Origin: Kofleriaceae bacterium
GTDB lineage: Bacteria; Myxococcota_A; Polyangia; Haliangiales; Haliangiaceae
DNA: 64,000 bases
Reading direction: 5' to 3'
Assembly (NCBI GenBank): GCA_013368795.1
Contig: JABFXX010000065.1
Coordinates: 2,566-66,565, forward strand
This document shows positions 42,461 through 53,832 of this stretch, piece after piece. Both the position numbers and the translations under genes were made by a program. The notes under the pieces were generated by a model. That model was not told where the DNA came from. It made no database searches and saw nothing but the letters and a program-made list of their open reading frames with translations. How positions within the stretch are numbered: position 1 is the first letter of the stretch; every line of letters begins with the position of its first letter.

Positions 42461-43680
42461 GCAACCGCGAATTCGATCTCGTCGTGTTCGGTGCGACTGG
42501 CTTCACCGGCCGGCTCGTCGCCGAGTACATCGCCAGCCAGAAGCCGAAGAAGTGGGCGATCGCAGGCCGCAACAAGGAGAAGCTCGAGGCGCTCGGGCTC
42601 GGCGTCCCGATCATCGTCGTCGACGCGATGCATCCGGGCGGATGTGCCGAGGTCGCGCGCCGCACGAAGGTCGTGTGCACGACCGTCGGTCCGTACACGA
42701 AGTACGGCGCAGCGCTCGTCGCTGCATGCGCCGACGTGGGCACGCACTATTGCGATCTCACCGGCGAGGTGAACTTCATGCGCGCGACGATCGACGCGCA
42801 TCACGAGCGCGCGAAGGAGACCGGCGCGCACATCGTCCACACGTGCGGGTTCGACTCGATCCCGAGCGACCTCGGCACGTGGGCGACGCAGCAGGAGTTC
42901 AAGGCGCGCTTCGGCCGCTACGCCGACAAGGTCAGCGCGTTCTTCGGCGAGACGAGCGGCGGCATGTCGGGCGGCACCGCGGCGAGTGGCTTCGCGATCG
43001 CCGACGCGATGAGCGATCCGGCCGTTCGCCGCATCATGCGCAATCCCCACGCGCTCGATCCCGATCCCGACGGTCCGCACCCGAAGGGCGACACGCGCCT
43101 CGTCGGCTGGGATCCGACGCTGAAGATGTTCTTCGTCCCGTTCTTCATGGCGGCGACGAACGCGCCGGTCGTGCGCCGCGGTCACGCGCTCGCCGGTTTC
43201 CCGTGGGGCAGCGAGTTCGTCTATCGCGAGGTGATGTCGACGCCCGGCAACGCGCGAGGCGCGATCATGGCCGCGACGATCACCGGCGGTCTCGCCGCGC
43301 TCGCGGCCGCGATGAAGCGACCCGCGTTGCGCGCGCAGCTGCAGAAGCGTGCGCCGAAGCCGGGCGAGGGGCCGTCGCAGGAGAAGCGCGAGAAGGGCCA
43401 CTGGAAGGTGCGCTTCGTCGCCGAGGGCGGTGGCGACAAGCTGATCTATGTCGTCGCCGATCCGCATGGCGACCCGGGCTACCAGTCGACCTCGAAGATG
43501 CTCGGCGAGTCGGCACTGTGCCTCGCGTACGACGCGCTGACCTCGCCGGGCGGCGTCCAGACGCCGTCGGTCGCGATGGACGGCAAGCTGCTCGACCGGT
43601 TGCGTCGCGCCGGGTTGATCTTCGAGCCCGCCGAGAAGCAGCCGGCATCTTCGTCGTCCGCCGCGCGCGCCGCGGGATAG
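42457..43680 (+). CDS. Saccharopine-dehydrogenase-like NAD(P)-binding oxidoreductase (trans-acting enoyl reductase family)
   Basis: ATGA overlap with the AKR stop. Rossmann 'FDLVVFGATGFTGRLV'. 'TTVGPYTKYG','HTCGFDSIPSDLG'. Confidence 0.8.
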   Translation: MSNREFDLVVFGATGFTGRLVAEYIASQKPKKWAIAGRNKEKLEALGLGVPIIVVDAMHPGGCAEVARRTKVVCTTVGPYTKYGAALVAACADVGTHYCDLTGEVNFMRATIDAHHERAKETGAHIVHTCGFDSIPSDLGTWATQQEFKARFGRYADKVSAFFGETSGGMSGGTAASGFAIADAMSDPAVRRIMRNPHALDPDPDGPHPKGDTRLVGWDPTLKMFFVPFFMAATNAPVVRRGHALAGFPWGSEFVYREVMSTPGNARGAIMAATITGGLAALAAAMKRPALRAQLQKRAPKPGEGPSQEKREKGHWKVRFVAEGGGDKLIYVVADPHGDPGYQSTSKMLGESALCLAYDALTSPGGVQTPSVAMDGKLLDRLRRAGLIFEPAEKQPASSSSAARAAG

Positions 43681-43691
43681 AATCGGATCCG

Positions 43692-45161
43692 GTGGCGTAC
43701 CGGATTCTTGCGTGGTTCCTGAGGGTCGTCACCCGGGTGTTCTTCCGGCAGGTCGAGGTCGTCGGCCTCGAGCACGTGCCGCGCACCGGGCCGGTGCTGT
43801 TCGCCGGCAATCATCCGAACTCGCTGATCGATCCGATTCTCATCATCACGAACTGCGGGCGGAAGGTTCACTTCGCCGCGAAGGACACGCTGTTCAAGGG
43901 CCGGCTCATGCGCGCCGTGCTGAACGGTCTCGGCGCCGTGCCGATCAAGCGCCGCGACGATCACGACGGCAAGCCGCGCGACTCGCAACCGAATGGCCTG
44001 GCTCCCGTCGACAACGATGCCGCGTTCACCGCGATGTTTGCCGTGCTCGGCGAGGGCGGCGCGATCGGCATCTTCCCCGAGGGTCTCTCGCACGACGAGT
44101 CGCAGCTCGCGCGGCTCAAGACCGGCGCGGCTCGCCTCGCGCTCGGCGGCGCACAGCGCACGTCGCAGACGATCCGGATCGTGCCGTGCGGCCTGACGTT
44201 CATCCATCCCAAGCGCTTCAGGAGCCGCGTGCTCGTCCAGTTCGGCCCTCCAGTCGAGGTTGCCCCCGCGCGACAGAACACCGCCGACGAGGTGCGCGAG
44301 CTGACGACCGAGATCGAGAACGCGCTGCGCCGCCTCACGATCAACGCGCCCGACTGGGAGACCGTGCGCGCCCTCGACGTCGTGCGCCGGCTCTACCAGC
44401 CGAACGAGATCTCGATCGAGGACCGCGTCGAGCTCGCGCGGCGCTTCAACGCGTACTACGGCGCCGTCGCCGCCGAGCCTCGCGTCGTCACGCTGATGCA
44501 GCGCGTGCGCGCGTATCAGCAGAAGCTCGACGAGCTCGGCATCACCGACCGCGAGCTCGCGCGCGATCTATCGAAGCTCGAGGTCAGCGCGCGCATCCTG
44601 CGTCACCTCGTGCTCGTCGCGTTCTGGTTGCCGCTGACGATTCCGGGCGCGCCTCTCCACGTGCCACCGCTCGCATTCGCGCGGTTTGCCGGGCCTCGCC
44701 TGACGCCGCGCAAGGACGTCGTCGCGACGACGAAGCTGCTCATCGGCATGCTGCTCGTGCTCGCCGCGTACGCGGGTACCGTCAGCCTCCTGTGGTGGAA
44801 GATGGGCCTGCCGTGGGCCGTGCTCGCCGCGGTGATCCTGCCGATGTCGGGCTGGGCGACGCTGCGCGTGCTCGATCGCCTGCGCCTCGTTCGCCGCGGA
44901 CTCGGCACGCTATTCCGTCGCCTGCGCTTCCGCCGCGAGGTCCGCGCGCTGCGCACCGAACGCGAGGCGCTCGTCGAGGACGTGATCGCCACGGTCAACG
45001 CGGTGAAGCCAGCGGACCTCGCCGCGCTGTTCCCGCCCGATCATCCCGATCGACTCGAGGAGTCGTGGCGCGCGAGCCGCGACGCCGATCTCGATGCCGA
45101 GCTCGACAAGGACGCCGTCGAGGAGCGCCTCGAAGAGGCCGAGGAGGCGCGCGAGGGATGA
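43692..45161 (+). CDS. Lysophospholipid/glycerol-3-phosphate acyltransferase (PlsC/LPLAT family) with C-terminal membrane and coiled-coil extension
   Basis: GTG start inside ORF 42393..45161. 'NHPNSLID' (HX4D), 'FPEGLSHD', then two hydrophobic helices and an acidic tail. Confidence 0.8.
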   Translation: MAYRILAWFLRVVTRVFFRQVEVVGLEHVPRTGPVLFAGNHPNSLIDPILIITNCGRKVHFAAKDTLFKGRLMRAVLNGLGAVPIKRRDDHDGKPRDSQPNGLAPVDNDAAFTAMFAVLGEGGAIGIFPEGLSHDESQLARLKTGAARLALGGAQRTSQTIRIVPCGLTFIHPKRFRSRVLVQFGPPVEVAPARQNTADEVRELTTEIENALRRLTINAPDWETVRALDVVRRLYQPNEISIEDRVELARRFNAYYGAVAAEPRVVTLMQRVRAYQQKLDELGITDRELARDLSKLEVSARILRHLVLVAFWLPLTIPGAPLHVPPLAFARFAGPRLTPRKDVVATTKLLIGMLLVLAAYAGTVSLLWWKMGLPWAVLAAVILPMSGWATLRVLDRLRLVRRGLGTLFRRLRFRREVRALRTEREALVEDVIATVNAVKPADLAALFPPDHPDRLEESWRASRDADLDAELDKDAVEERLEEAEEAREG

Positions 45162-45790
45162 AGCCGCTCGTCGTCCTGTTGCACGGTCTCGCACGCGGCC
45201 ACGGCTCGATGGCCAAGCTCGGCGCATATCTGCGCACGCAAGGCTTCGACACGTGGGCGAAGACGTATCCGTCGCGCAAGCACTCGATCGCGTACCTCGC
45301 GAGCGCGCTGTCGGATCAGCTCGTCGACTACGCCGGCGAACGCCCGCTCTGCGCGGTCACGCACTCGATGGGCGGCATCATCGTCCGCCACCTCCAGGAT
45401 CCGCGCCTGAACTGGTCTCGGATCGTGATGCTCGCGCCGCCGAATGGAGGTAGCCGCATCGCCGCGGGGCTCGTTCGCAATCCACTGTTTCGCTGGTTCT
45501 ACGGGCCCGCGGGCAGCGAGCTCGCCGATGCCGCTGCGTGGCCTGCGCCACCCGCACCGTTTGCCGTGATCGCCGGCACGCGCAGCCGTGCGCTGTCGAA
45601 CGTGACAAGCTGGACCGTAGGTCGGCGGTTCACGCAGGATGTAGCCAACGACGGCACGGTCGCGGTCGAGGAGACGCGGCTTCAGGGCATGGCTGCGTTC
45701 GCGGAGGTCGATGCCACGCACACGTGGATCATGAATTCTCTCGAAGTCAGGCGCCTCGTCGTCAATTACCTGAATTATGGGGCCTTTTGA
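45158..45790 (+). CDS. Alpha/beta hydrolase (esterase/lipase-like)
   Basis: ATGA overlap with the acyltransferase stop. 'LVVLLHGL', nucleophile 'THSMGG', 'NDGTV', 'THTW'. Confidence 0.75.
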   Translation: MKPLVVLLHGLARGHGSMAKLGAYLRTQGFDTWAKTYPSRKHSIAYLASALSDQLVDYAGERPLCAVTHSMGGIIVRHLQDPRLNWSRIVMLAPPNGGSRIAAGLVRNPLFRWFYGPAGSELADAAAWPAPPAPFAVIAGTRSRALSNVTSWTVGRRFTQDVANDGTVAVEETRLQGMAAFAEVDATHTWIMNSLEVRRLVVNYLNYGAF

Positions 45791-45839
45791 CCCGTCGCGA
45801 CGAGTGACGAAATGAACTCGCTCGTGTTACAGCCTCGAC

Positions 45840-46466
45840 GTGTTCGGACGTTTCCTCCCAAGAGAGACGAGCTTCTTCGATTTCTTCGAGCAGCACGCCG
45901 GTCTGACGATCGAGGGAACCAAGGAGTTCCTCTCCATGGTCACGACCGGCGCGAACATCTCGGCGAAGTGCCGGCGGATCTCGGATATCGAGCACGAGAC
46001 CGACACGATCACGCACCGCTGCGTCGAGGCGCTCCACAAGACGTTCATCACACCGATCGATCGCGATGCGATCCATCGCCTCATCACGCGCATGGACGAC
46101 GTGATGGACTTCGTCGAGGCCGCCGCCGAGCGCATCGAGCTCTACGAGATGACGACGATGACCGCCGACGTCCGCGATCTCGCCGACGTGCTGCACCGCT
46201 CGGCGATGCAGGTCGAGATCGCGGTCCGCGGCCTGCGTACGCTCAAGGAGCCGCAGCAGACGCTCAAGCTCTGCATCGACATCAACCGCCTCGAGAACGA
46301 GGCCGATGCGATCCTGCGGCGCTCGGTCGCTCGTCTGTTCAAGGACGAGAAGAACCCGATCACCGTCATCAAGTGGAAAGAGATCTACGAGAACCTCGAG
46401 AGCGCGTCGGATCGCTGCGAGGACGTCGCGAACATCATCGAGGGCGTGATCCTCGAGCACAGCTGA
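45840..46466 (+). CDS. DUF47 / PhoU-like phosphate-transport regulator
   Basis: GTG start. 'FFDFFEQHA...IEHETDTITHR...ENEADAILRR...WKEIYENLESASDRCEDVANIIEGV'. Confidence 0.85.
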   Translation: MFGRFLPRETSFFDFFEQHAGLTIEGTKEFLSMVTTGANISAKCRRISDIEHETDTITHRCVEALHKTFITPIDRDAIHRLITRMDDVMDFVEAAAERIELYEMTTMTADVRDLADVLHRSAMQVEIAVRGLRTLKEPQQTLKLCIDINRLENEADAILRRSVARLFKDEKNPITVIKWKEIYENLESASDRCEDVANIIEGVILEHS

Positions 46467-46467
46467 C

Positions 46468-47475
46468 ATGGACGTCCACGCTCTCGTTTACGTCACGATC
46501 GCGGTGGCGTTGCTATTCGACGTCATCAACGGGTTCCACGACGCCGCGAACTCGATCGCCACGGTCGTGTCGACGCGCGTGCTGTCGCCGCGCCTCGCAG
46601 TGCTGTGGGCGACGGTCTTCAACTTCGTCGCCCTGTTCATCTTCCATCAGGGCGTCGCGAACACGATCGCGAAGATCATCACGATCCAGGCCTCCGACCA
46701 TGCGTTCGTCTGGGTCGTGATCTGCGGCCTGTTCGGCGCGATCGTGTGGAACCTGCTCACGTGGTGGTGGGGCCTGCCGTCGTCGAGCTCGCACGCGCTG
46801 ATCGGCGGATTGTCGGGTGCCGGTCTCGCGTACTCGGGATTCGGCGTCCTCAACACTGCGAAGCTCTACCCGACGCTCGAGTTCATCATCCTCGCGCCGA
46901 TGATCGGCCTCGTCCTCGGCGCGATCATCATGTTCCTCGTCTACTGGATCTTCCGCCGCATGCGGCCGCGCAAGGTCGACCGCGTGTTCCGCGCCGGGCA
47001 GCTGGTGTCTGCGGCCGCGTACTCGATCGGCCACGGCGGCAACGACGCGCAGAAGACGATCGGTGTCATCTGGGCGGTCATGATCGCCGGCGGCATGATG
47101 CCCGAGGGTGGACATGTGCCGTACTGGGTGATCGTCGCGTCGTACAGCGCGATGGCGTTCGGCACCGCGCTCGGCGGTCAGCGCATCATCAAGACGATGG
47201 GCATGGGAATCACGTCACTCAAGCCCGCCGGCGGCTTCTGCGCGAACCTCGCGGGCGCGATCACGCTGTTCGGCGCGACCGAGCTCAAGATTCCGGTCTC
47301 GACGACGCACACGATCACCGGCGCGATCGTCGGCGTCGGCTCGGTCACGAAGCTCCGCGGCATTCGCTGGGGCCTCGCGACGCGGATCGTGTGGGCGTGG
47401 ATCTTCACGATCCCGCTGTCGGCGCTCGTCGGCGCCGGTACGCTCTACGCAGCGCAGGCGCTCGGCGCCTGGTGA
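46468..47475 (+). CDS. pit: Inorganic phosphate transporter, PiT family
   Basis: 'NGFHDAANSIATVVSTR','GHGGNDAQKTIGVI','STTHTITGAIVGVG'. Starts 1 nt after the DUF47 stop. Confidence 0.9.
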   Translation: MDVHALVYVTIAVALLFDVINGFHDAANSIATVVSTRVLSPRLAVLWATVFNFVALFIFHQGVANTIAKIITIQASDHAFVWVVICGLFGAIVWNLLTWWWGLPSSSSHALIGGLSGAGLAYSGFGVLNTAKLYPTLEFIILAPMIGLVLGAIIMFLVYWIFRRMRPRKVDRVFRAGQLVSAAAYSIGHGGNDAQKTIGVIWAVMIAGGMMPEGGHVPYWVIVASYSAMAFGTALGGQRIIKTMGMGITSLKPAGGFCANLAGAITLFGATELKIPVSTTHTITGAIVGVGSVTKLRGIRWGLATRIVWAWIFTIPLSALVGAGTLYAAQALGAW

Positions 47476-48081
47476 TCAGGACGGGCGCAGCACCGCGCCC
47501 GACTTCTCGGCCGCGAGGTGCCTGGTCGCCTCGTCGTAGTGCGCCCAGCACACCGGCGCGTAGTGCTCGTCGGCGCCGAGCTGGATCTGCGGGCCCTCGA
47601 GCGTCGGCGTGCCGTTGACGAAGCGAAGGTTGCAGATCGCCTTCTTCTGGCAGTACTGGCAGGTGACCTTCACTTCCTCGATGCCGTCCGCGAGCTCCAT
47701 CAGGCGACGCGCGCCCGGGAACAGCTTCGTCTGGAAGTCGGTGCGAAGGCCGTAACAGATGACCGGCACGCCCGGGTCGACCGTGATGCGGCGCAGGTCC
47801 TCGATCACGGTCGGCGGCAGGAACTGCGCCTCGTCGACGAGCACGCAGTCGAGGCCGACGAAGTCGCGCGGATCGAGCACCGTGTCCTCCTCGATCATGA
47901 GGTCCGCCTCGGCCTCGAGGCCGCTGCGCGAGGAGATCTTCGTGGCGCCGAACCGCGTATCGAGGCGCGGCTTCACGAGCAGCACCTTCTTGCCCTGCTT
48001 GCGGTAGTTGTGCGCAACCGCGAGCAGGTTCATCGACTTCGCCGAGTCCATCGTGCCGTACCGGAAGTAGAGCTTCGCCAC
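47476..48081 (-). CDS. tdk: Thymidine kinase
   Basis: GTG start. 'LYFRYGTMDSAKSMNLL' (E. coli-type Tdk N-terminus), 'VLVDEAQFL', zinc ribbon 'CQYCQKKA...VCWAHY'. Confidence 0.9.
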   Translation of the reverse strand: MAKLYFRYGTMDSAKSMNLLAVAHNYRKQGKKVLLVKPRLDTRFGATKISSRSGLEAEADLMIEEDTVLDPRDFVGLDCVLVDEAQFLPPTVIEDLRRITVDPGVPVICYGLRTDFQTKLFPGARRLMELADGIEEVKVTCQYCQKKAICNLRFVNGTPTLEGPQIQLGADEHYAPVCWAHYDEATRHLAAEKSGAVLRPS

Positions 48082-48111
48082 GTCGGTGACCCTAGATCGA
48101 AGATCTGACAG

Positions 48112-50061
48112 CTAGTTGAGATCCGCTCGCCGCTCCCGCCACTCGGTGAAAAGTGCGGGAAATCGCGGGTCTGACTGGAGCGGCGCGAGGTCTGCGTCGG
48201 TCTCCATCTTCTCGGTGTGCTCGTACTCGTGCTCGATCGCGAGCTTCACCTGCTGGAGCGCGCGCTCGATCTGACCGACGGCCGCATAGGCGCACGCGGC
48301 CGAGTGATAGATGTACGGGTTCTCGGGCGCGTACGGCTGGCCGCCATCGGCAAGCTCGACCGCGAGCTTGTAGTCGCCGAGCGCGTGCGCGTGGATACAC
48401 GCGTTGTTCCACGCCATCACGAGCGCCGTGCGCGCCTCGCCGGCCTCGCGCCCGGGCTCGGGCAGCGTCAGCACGCGGCGCAAGATCGCCAGGCCGAGCG
48501 GCCGATCGACCGAGAAGCTCGCGTTGTAGAGATGCGGCACGAGCGAGACTTCGTCGGGAAGCTTGGCGAGCAGTGCCTGCAAGTGCGCCGGTGCATGCCG
48601 CGCCACCGACGCGGTCAACTCGGCGAGCTCGTCGGGCCCGGTCGCGCGAGCGGTCGCCGTGTCGAGTAGCTCGAGCGCAGGTGCGAGCTCGCTGTCCGCG
48701 TGCTCCGCGATCTCGCCGATGACGAGCAGCCGCACGTCGCGGTTCGCTGCACTGCGCGCGAGCGCGACTGCCTCGGCGATCCGATGCTGCCGCACGAGCA
48801 CGATCGCGAGATAGCCCGCCGCTTCCGACTGCGGATCGAACGACTGCGCGCGCCGGAGTAGCCGCTCGGCGACCGCCGCGGTCTCCCGCACGTCGGGATC
48901 GTGCTCGAGCGCGACCTCGACGAGCATGCCGGCCAGCTCGCGCCGGCTCCACAGGCTCTGCGAGACCGCCCACGCGAGCGCGGCCTCCTCGCCCTGGCGC
49001 GCGAACCGCTCCTGGAACGGGTTGCCCGCGAGCACGAACGGCTCGACGCCTTCGCCGCCGACGGCCTGCGTCTTGACCGACTCGTCGACGGTATCGAAGC
49101 GCGCCCACGCGATCGGCAGGACGTCGCTCAGCCGCGCGACGATCCACAACAAGAAGTGCACCTGGTCCGACGCGGTCGCCGGCACGGTGAACCGCTCGAC
49201 CCACATCAGCGCCGAGCGATGCCGGCGATCGTGGATCACGTCGGCGCGCTGGAACGGCTCGAGCTCCTCGGTGCGCTCGTCCTGGTACACCGACAGCCAC
49301 AGCGCGAAGAACGCGTTGACGACCGACTCCTCGCCCGCGAGCCCGGTGCCCGCGAGCTTGAACGCGATGCCGAAGCTCTCCCAGTCGTAGTCGTCGATGA
49401 TCTCGGGATAGCGCTCGATCGGGAACGGCACCGAGTGCTCGAACGGCGGCGGTCCGTTGCGCCAGTGGCTCTCGAGCGTGATGACGTCGATGTCGTCGTC
49501 GGACGGGAGGTCCTCGTCCTCGTCTTCGTCCTCCTCGCCCTCGTCCTCTTCCTCCTCCTCACCCTCGTACGCGACGCCCTCGCCGAGCTCGACGCGCGGC
49601 GCGTCGGGCGCGGAGTACAGGACCTCCTGAGGGCCTTCTTCGAAGATCGCGTCGACGACGTCCGTCGCCTCGGGGGTCTCGTCCTCGTCGAGCTCGCCCA
49701 TCGGTTCGGCCGACGTGACCTCGAGCCACGCGACGCCGTCGATGCCGGTCTCGACCTTCACGCACCACACCGCTTCGATCTCGAACCGCTCGTGCGTCGC
49801 CTCGATCGCGACGCGCTGCGGATCGACCTGATCGGTGCTCGGCGGCAGCCACGGTGCCGCGTGCCACTGGCGCGCCGGCTCGTCGTCGGTGTCCTCGTCG
49901 GCCTGCTCGGTGACGCCCGCCGCGGCGAGCGCATCCCACAGTGCCTTCTGTTCCTTCGCGTCGAGCGGACGCCGGCTTCGCGCGATCAGGATCCCGCGCG
50001 CGAGATCGCTTTGCCGTGCTTCGAGTCCGTTGATCTCCATGCGAGCGGTGCCGCTCTCCAC
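48112..50061 (-). CDS. Large cytoplasmic protein with poly-acidic linker and TPR-like C-terminus, unknown function
   Basis: 649-aa ORF. 'EGEEEEEDEGEEDEDEDEDLPSDDDID'. Helical-repeat C-terminus ending 'DADLAPLQSDPRFPALF'. Confidence 0.6.
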   Translation of the reverse strand: MESGTARMEINGLEARQSDLARGILIARSRRPLDAKEQKALWDALAAAGVTEQADEDTDDEPARQWHAAPWLPPSTDQVDPQRVAIEATHERFEIEAVWCVKVETGIDGVAWLEVTSAEPMGELDEDETPEATDVVDAIFEEGPQEVLYSAPDAPRVELGEGVAYEGEEEEEDEGEEDEDEDEDLPSDDDIDVITLESHWRNGPPPFEHSVPFPIERYPEIIDDYDWESFGIAFKLAGTGLAGEESVVNAFFALWLSVYQDERTEELEPFQRADVIHDRRHRSALMWVERFTVPATASDQVHFLLWIVARLSDVLPIAWARFDTVDESVKTQAVGGEGVEPFVLAGNPFQERFARQGEEAALAWAVSQSLWSRRELAGMLVEVALEHDPDVRETAAVAERLLRRAQSFDPQSEAAGYLAIVLVRQHRIAEAVALARSAANRDVRLLVIGEIAEHADSELAPALELLDTATARATGPDELAELTASVARHAPAHLQALLAKLPDEVSLVPHLYNASFSVDRPLGLAILRRVLTLPEPGREAGEARTALVMAWNNACIHAHALGDYKLAVELADGGQPYAPENPYIYHSAACAYAAVGQIERALQQVKLAIEHEYEHTEKMETDADLAPLQSDPRFPALFTEWRERRADLN

Positions 50062-50101
50062 TCCGATCAGCCTATCAGCATTCGCTCGCGCGAGCGTCGA
50101 G

Positions 50102-51481
<1,380 letters not shown>

Positions 51482-51564
51482 GAGCGATGACAGTTTGCCA
51501 GATAACCTCCGACTTGCCCCGCACGTGGACGCTGCTCCAACCGCTGACGCAGCGCGACGAGAAC

Positions 51565-52791
51565 CTAGAAGAGGATGCGGGTCTTGATGCTCGCCGGAAG
51601 TGCAGCGACCGCCCGCTTGACGTCCTGCGAGACGTCCTGATCGAGATCCATGATCAGGTAGCCGATATCGGGGTCGGTCGCGAGCAGCTGGGCGCGGATG
51701 TTGGCCTCGAGGTCCGAGACGATCTTGTTGATGTCGCGAAGCACGCCGGGCTGGTTGCGGTGCACGTTGAGGATCCGGTGCGCCTGCTTCGTTACCGGAA
51801 GCTCGACCTGCGGGAAGTTGACGGCGCCGGTCGTCGACCCGGTGTTGACGAACTTGATCAGCGCGGCCGAGACCTCTTTGCCGATCGCTTCCTGCGCCTC
51901 CTCGGTCGAGCCACCGATGTGAGGCGTGAGGATCACGTTGGAGAGGCCGCGCAGGGGCGTCTGGAAGCCGTCGCTGTTGGTCTCGGGCTCGCTCGGGTAG
52001 ACGTCGACGGCGGCGCCGCCGATGTGGCCGCTCTTGATCGCGGCGGCGAGCGCGTCGATGTCGACGACGGTGCCGCGGCTCGCGTTGAGCAGGCACGCGC
52101 CCTTCTTCATGCGCGCGAGCTGGTCGTGGCCGATCATGAGCTTCGTCGCCGGCGTCTCGGGGACGTGCAGCGTGACGAAGTCGGAGTGCGCGAGCACCTC
52201 GTCGAGCGTGGCGCACGCGCGGTTGTTGCCCATCGGCAGCTTCGCCATGATGTCGTAGAAGAGGACGCGCATGCCGAAGGCCTCGGCGAGCACGCCGATC
52301 TGGCTGCCGATGTGGCCGTAGCCGACGATGCCGATCGTGTGGCCGCGCACCTCGTGGCTGCCGACGGCGACCTTCTTCCACTGGCCGCCATGGACCTCGC
52401 GCACGCGATCGCCGAGGTGACGCGACAGCATCACGATCTCGGCGATGATCAGCTCGGCGACCGAGCGCGTGTTCGAGAACGGCGCGTTGAACGCGGGCGT
52501 GCCCCGGCGATTGGCGTGCGCGAGATCGATCTGGTTCGTGCCGATGCAGAACGCGCCGACGGCGAGCAGGCGACGTGCCTCGTCGAGGACCTTCGGCGTG
52601 ACCTGCGTCTTGCTGCGGATGCCGAGGATGTGCGCGTCGCGAACTCGCTCGGCGAGCTCTGCTTCGGGCAGCGCGCCCTTGAGCGTCTCGACCTGGAAGC
52701 CCTCCGCGGCGAACGCCTCGGCGGCGACCGGGTGGATGTTTTCGAGCAGGAGAATCTTGATCTCGGACTTCGGAAACGACGTCGCAGCCAT
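51565..52791 (-). CDS. serA: D-3-phosphoglycerate dehydrogenase with C-terminal ACT domain
   Basis: 408 aa. '[14 protein letters not shown]','NASRGTVVD','[13 protein letters not shown]'. ACT-like tail '[14 protein letters not shown]'. Confidence 0.9.
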   Translation of the reverse strand: MAATSFPKSEIKILLLENIHPVAAEAFAAEGFQVETLKGALPEAELAERVRDAHILGIRSKTQVTPKVLDEARRLLAVGAFCIGTNQIDLAHANRRGTPAFNAPFSNTRSVAELIIAEIVMLSRHLGDRVREVHGGQWKKVAVGSHEVRGHTIGIVGYGHIGSQIGVLAEAFGMRVLFYDIMAKLPMGNNRACATLDEVLAHSDFVTLHVPETPATKLMIGHDQLARMKKGACLLNASRGTVVDIDALAAAIKSGHIGGAAVDVYPSEPETNSDGFQTPLRGLSNVILTPHIGGSTEEAQEAIGKEVSAALIKFVNTGSTTGAVNFPQVELPVTKQAHRILNVHRNQPGVLRDINKIVSDLEANIRAQLLATDPDIGYLIMDLDQDVSQDVKRAVAALPASIKTRILF

Positions 52792-52827
52792 GACGGGTAC
52801 GAAGGTAGCAGGGTTAGAGTCCTAGCC

Positions 52828-53829
52828 ATGGCAAAAGCCAAAGCCGCTGCGCCTAAGAAGGCGACGACTCCACGGAAGAAGAAGGTGAAGGCCGCTGCTG
52901 GGTCCGTGGGGCTCACGGCCGAGGAAGTTGCAGCAGGTTCACCGCCCGCCGAGGTGACGAAGCTCCAGAAGGAGATCGAGGCCGCGGGTGGCAACGCGCT
53001 CGCGGTCTATCGCGAACCGCTCGGTGGCCACTGGGTCGCGCTCGCGGCGCTCCCGATCGACAAGGTGAAGCCGACGCCGTATCAGCGCGAGCTCTCGAAG
53101 GCGCACGCGGAGCGGCTCGCGGCGGTGATCCCGAAGGTCGGACGGTTCCTCGATCCGGTGATTGCGGTTCCGGACGGCAATGGCGGGTTCATCTCGCCGA
53201 ACGGCATGCACCGTCTGTCCGCGATGAACACGCTCGGCGCGAAGACGATCGTCGCGCTCGTGATGCCCGAGCACGAGATCGCGTTCCGCATCCTCGCGCT
53301 CAACACCGAGAAGGCGCACAACCTGAAGGACAAGGCGCTCGAGGTGATCCGCATGGCGCGCGCGGTCGCCGACGACGACGATCGCAGCGAGCAGGCCTTC
53401 TCGTTCGAGCTCGAGCAGCCGTCGCTCGTCACGATCGGCATCTGCTACGAGAAGAACGCGCGGTTCTCGGGCGGCGCGTACAACTCGGTCGTCAGCAAGT
53501 GCGAGTCGTGGGAGACCGGCCCGATGTCGAAGAGCCTCAAGATGCGCGAGGCGCACGCCGACAAGCTGCTCGAGCTCGACAAGCTCGTCGGCGAGGCCGT
53601 GCAGAAGCTCAAGGATGCCGGCTGGACGAGCGGCTACCTGAAGCCGATCGTCGTCGCGCGGGTCAATCCGCTGCGCTTCGTCAAAGCCGGCAAGGATGAG
53701 AAGGCCGACTTCGACAAGACCATCGACAAGATGATCGAGGGCGCCAGGAAGTTCGACGCCTCGAAGGTCAAGGCTCAGGACGTCGTGCTCGCCGCCACGG
53801 TGGGCGGCGGCGACGACGGCGCTAACTGA
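52828..53829 (+). CDS. ParB/sulfiredoxin-fold protein with Lys/Ala/Pro-rich (histone-H1-like) N-terminal tail
   Basis: ATG inside ORF 51487..53829. 'MAKAKAAAPKKATTPRKKKVKAAAG'. 'LPIDKVKPTPYQRELS...FISPNGMHRLSAM'. Confidence 0.65.
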   Translation: MAKAKAAAPKKATTPRKKKVKAAAGSVGLTAEEVAAGSPPAEVTKLQKEIEAAGGNALAVYREPLGGHWVALAALPIDKVKPTPYQRELSKAHAERLAAVIPKVGRFLDPVIAVPDGNGGFISPNGMHRLSAMNTLGAKTIVALVMPEHEIAFRILALNTEKAHNLKDKALEVIRMARAVADDDDRSEQAFSFELEQPSLVTIGICYEKNARFSGGAYNSVVSKCESWETGPMSKSLKMREAHADKLLELDKLVGEAVQKLKDAGWTSGYLKPIVVARVNPLRFVKAGKDEKADFDKTIDKMIEGARKFDASKVKAQDVVLAATVGGGDDGAN

Positions 53830-53832
53830 CGG

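Noticed and set aside
42393-43691. N-terminal parts of long merged ORFs (42393..45161, 43712..45790, 51487..53829, 50102..52381, 26010..28454, 25630..27039, 24077..25144)
   Set aside because: The upstream portions overlap other well-supported genes out of frame. Internal starts that give ATGA/GTGA coupling or signal peptides were used instead.
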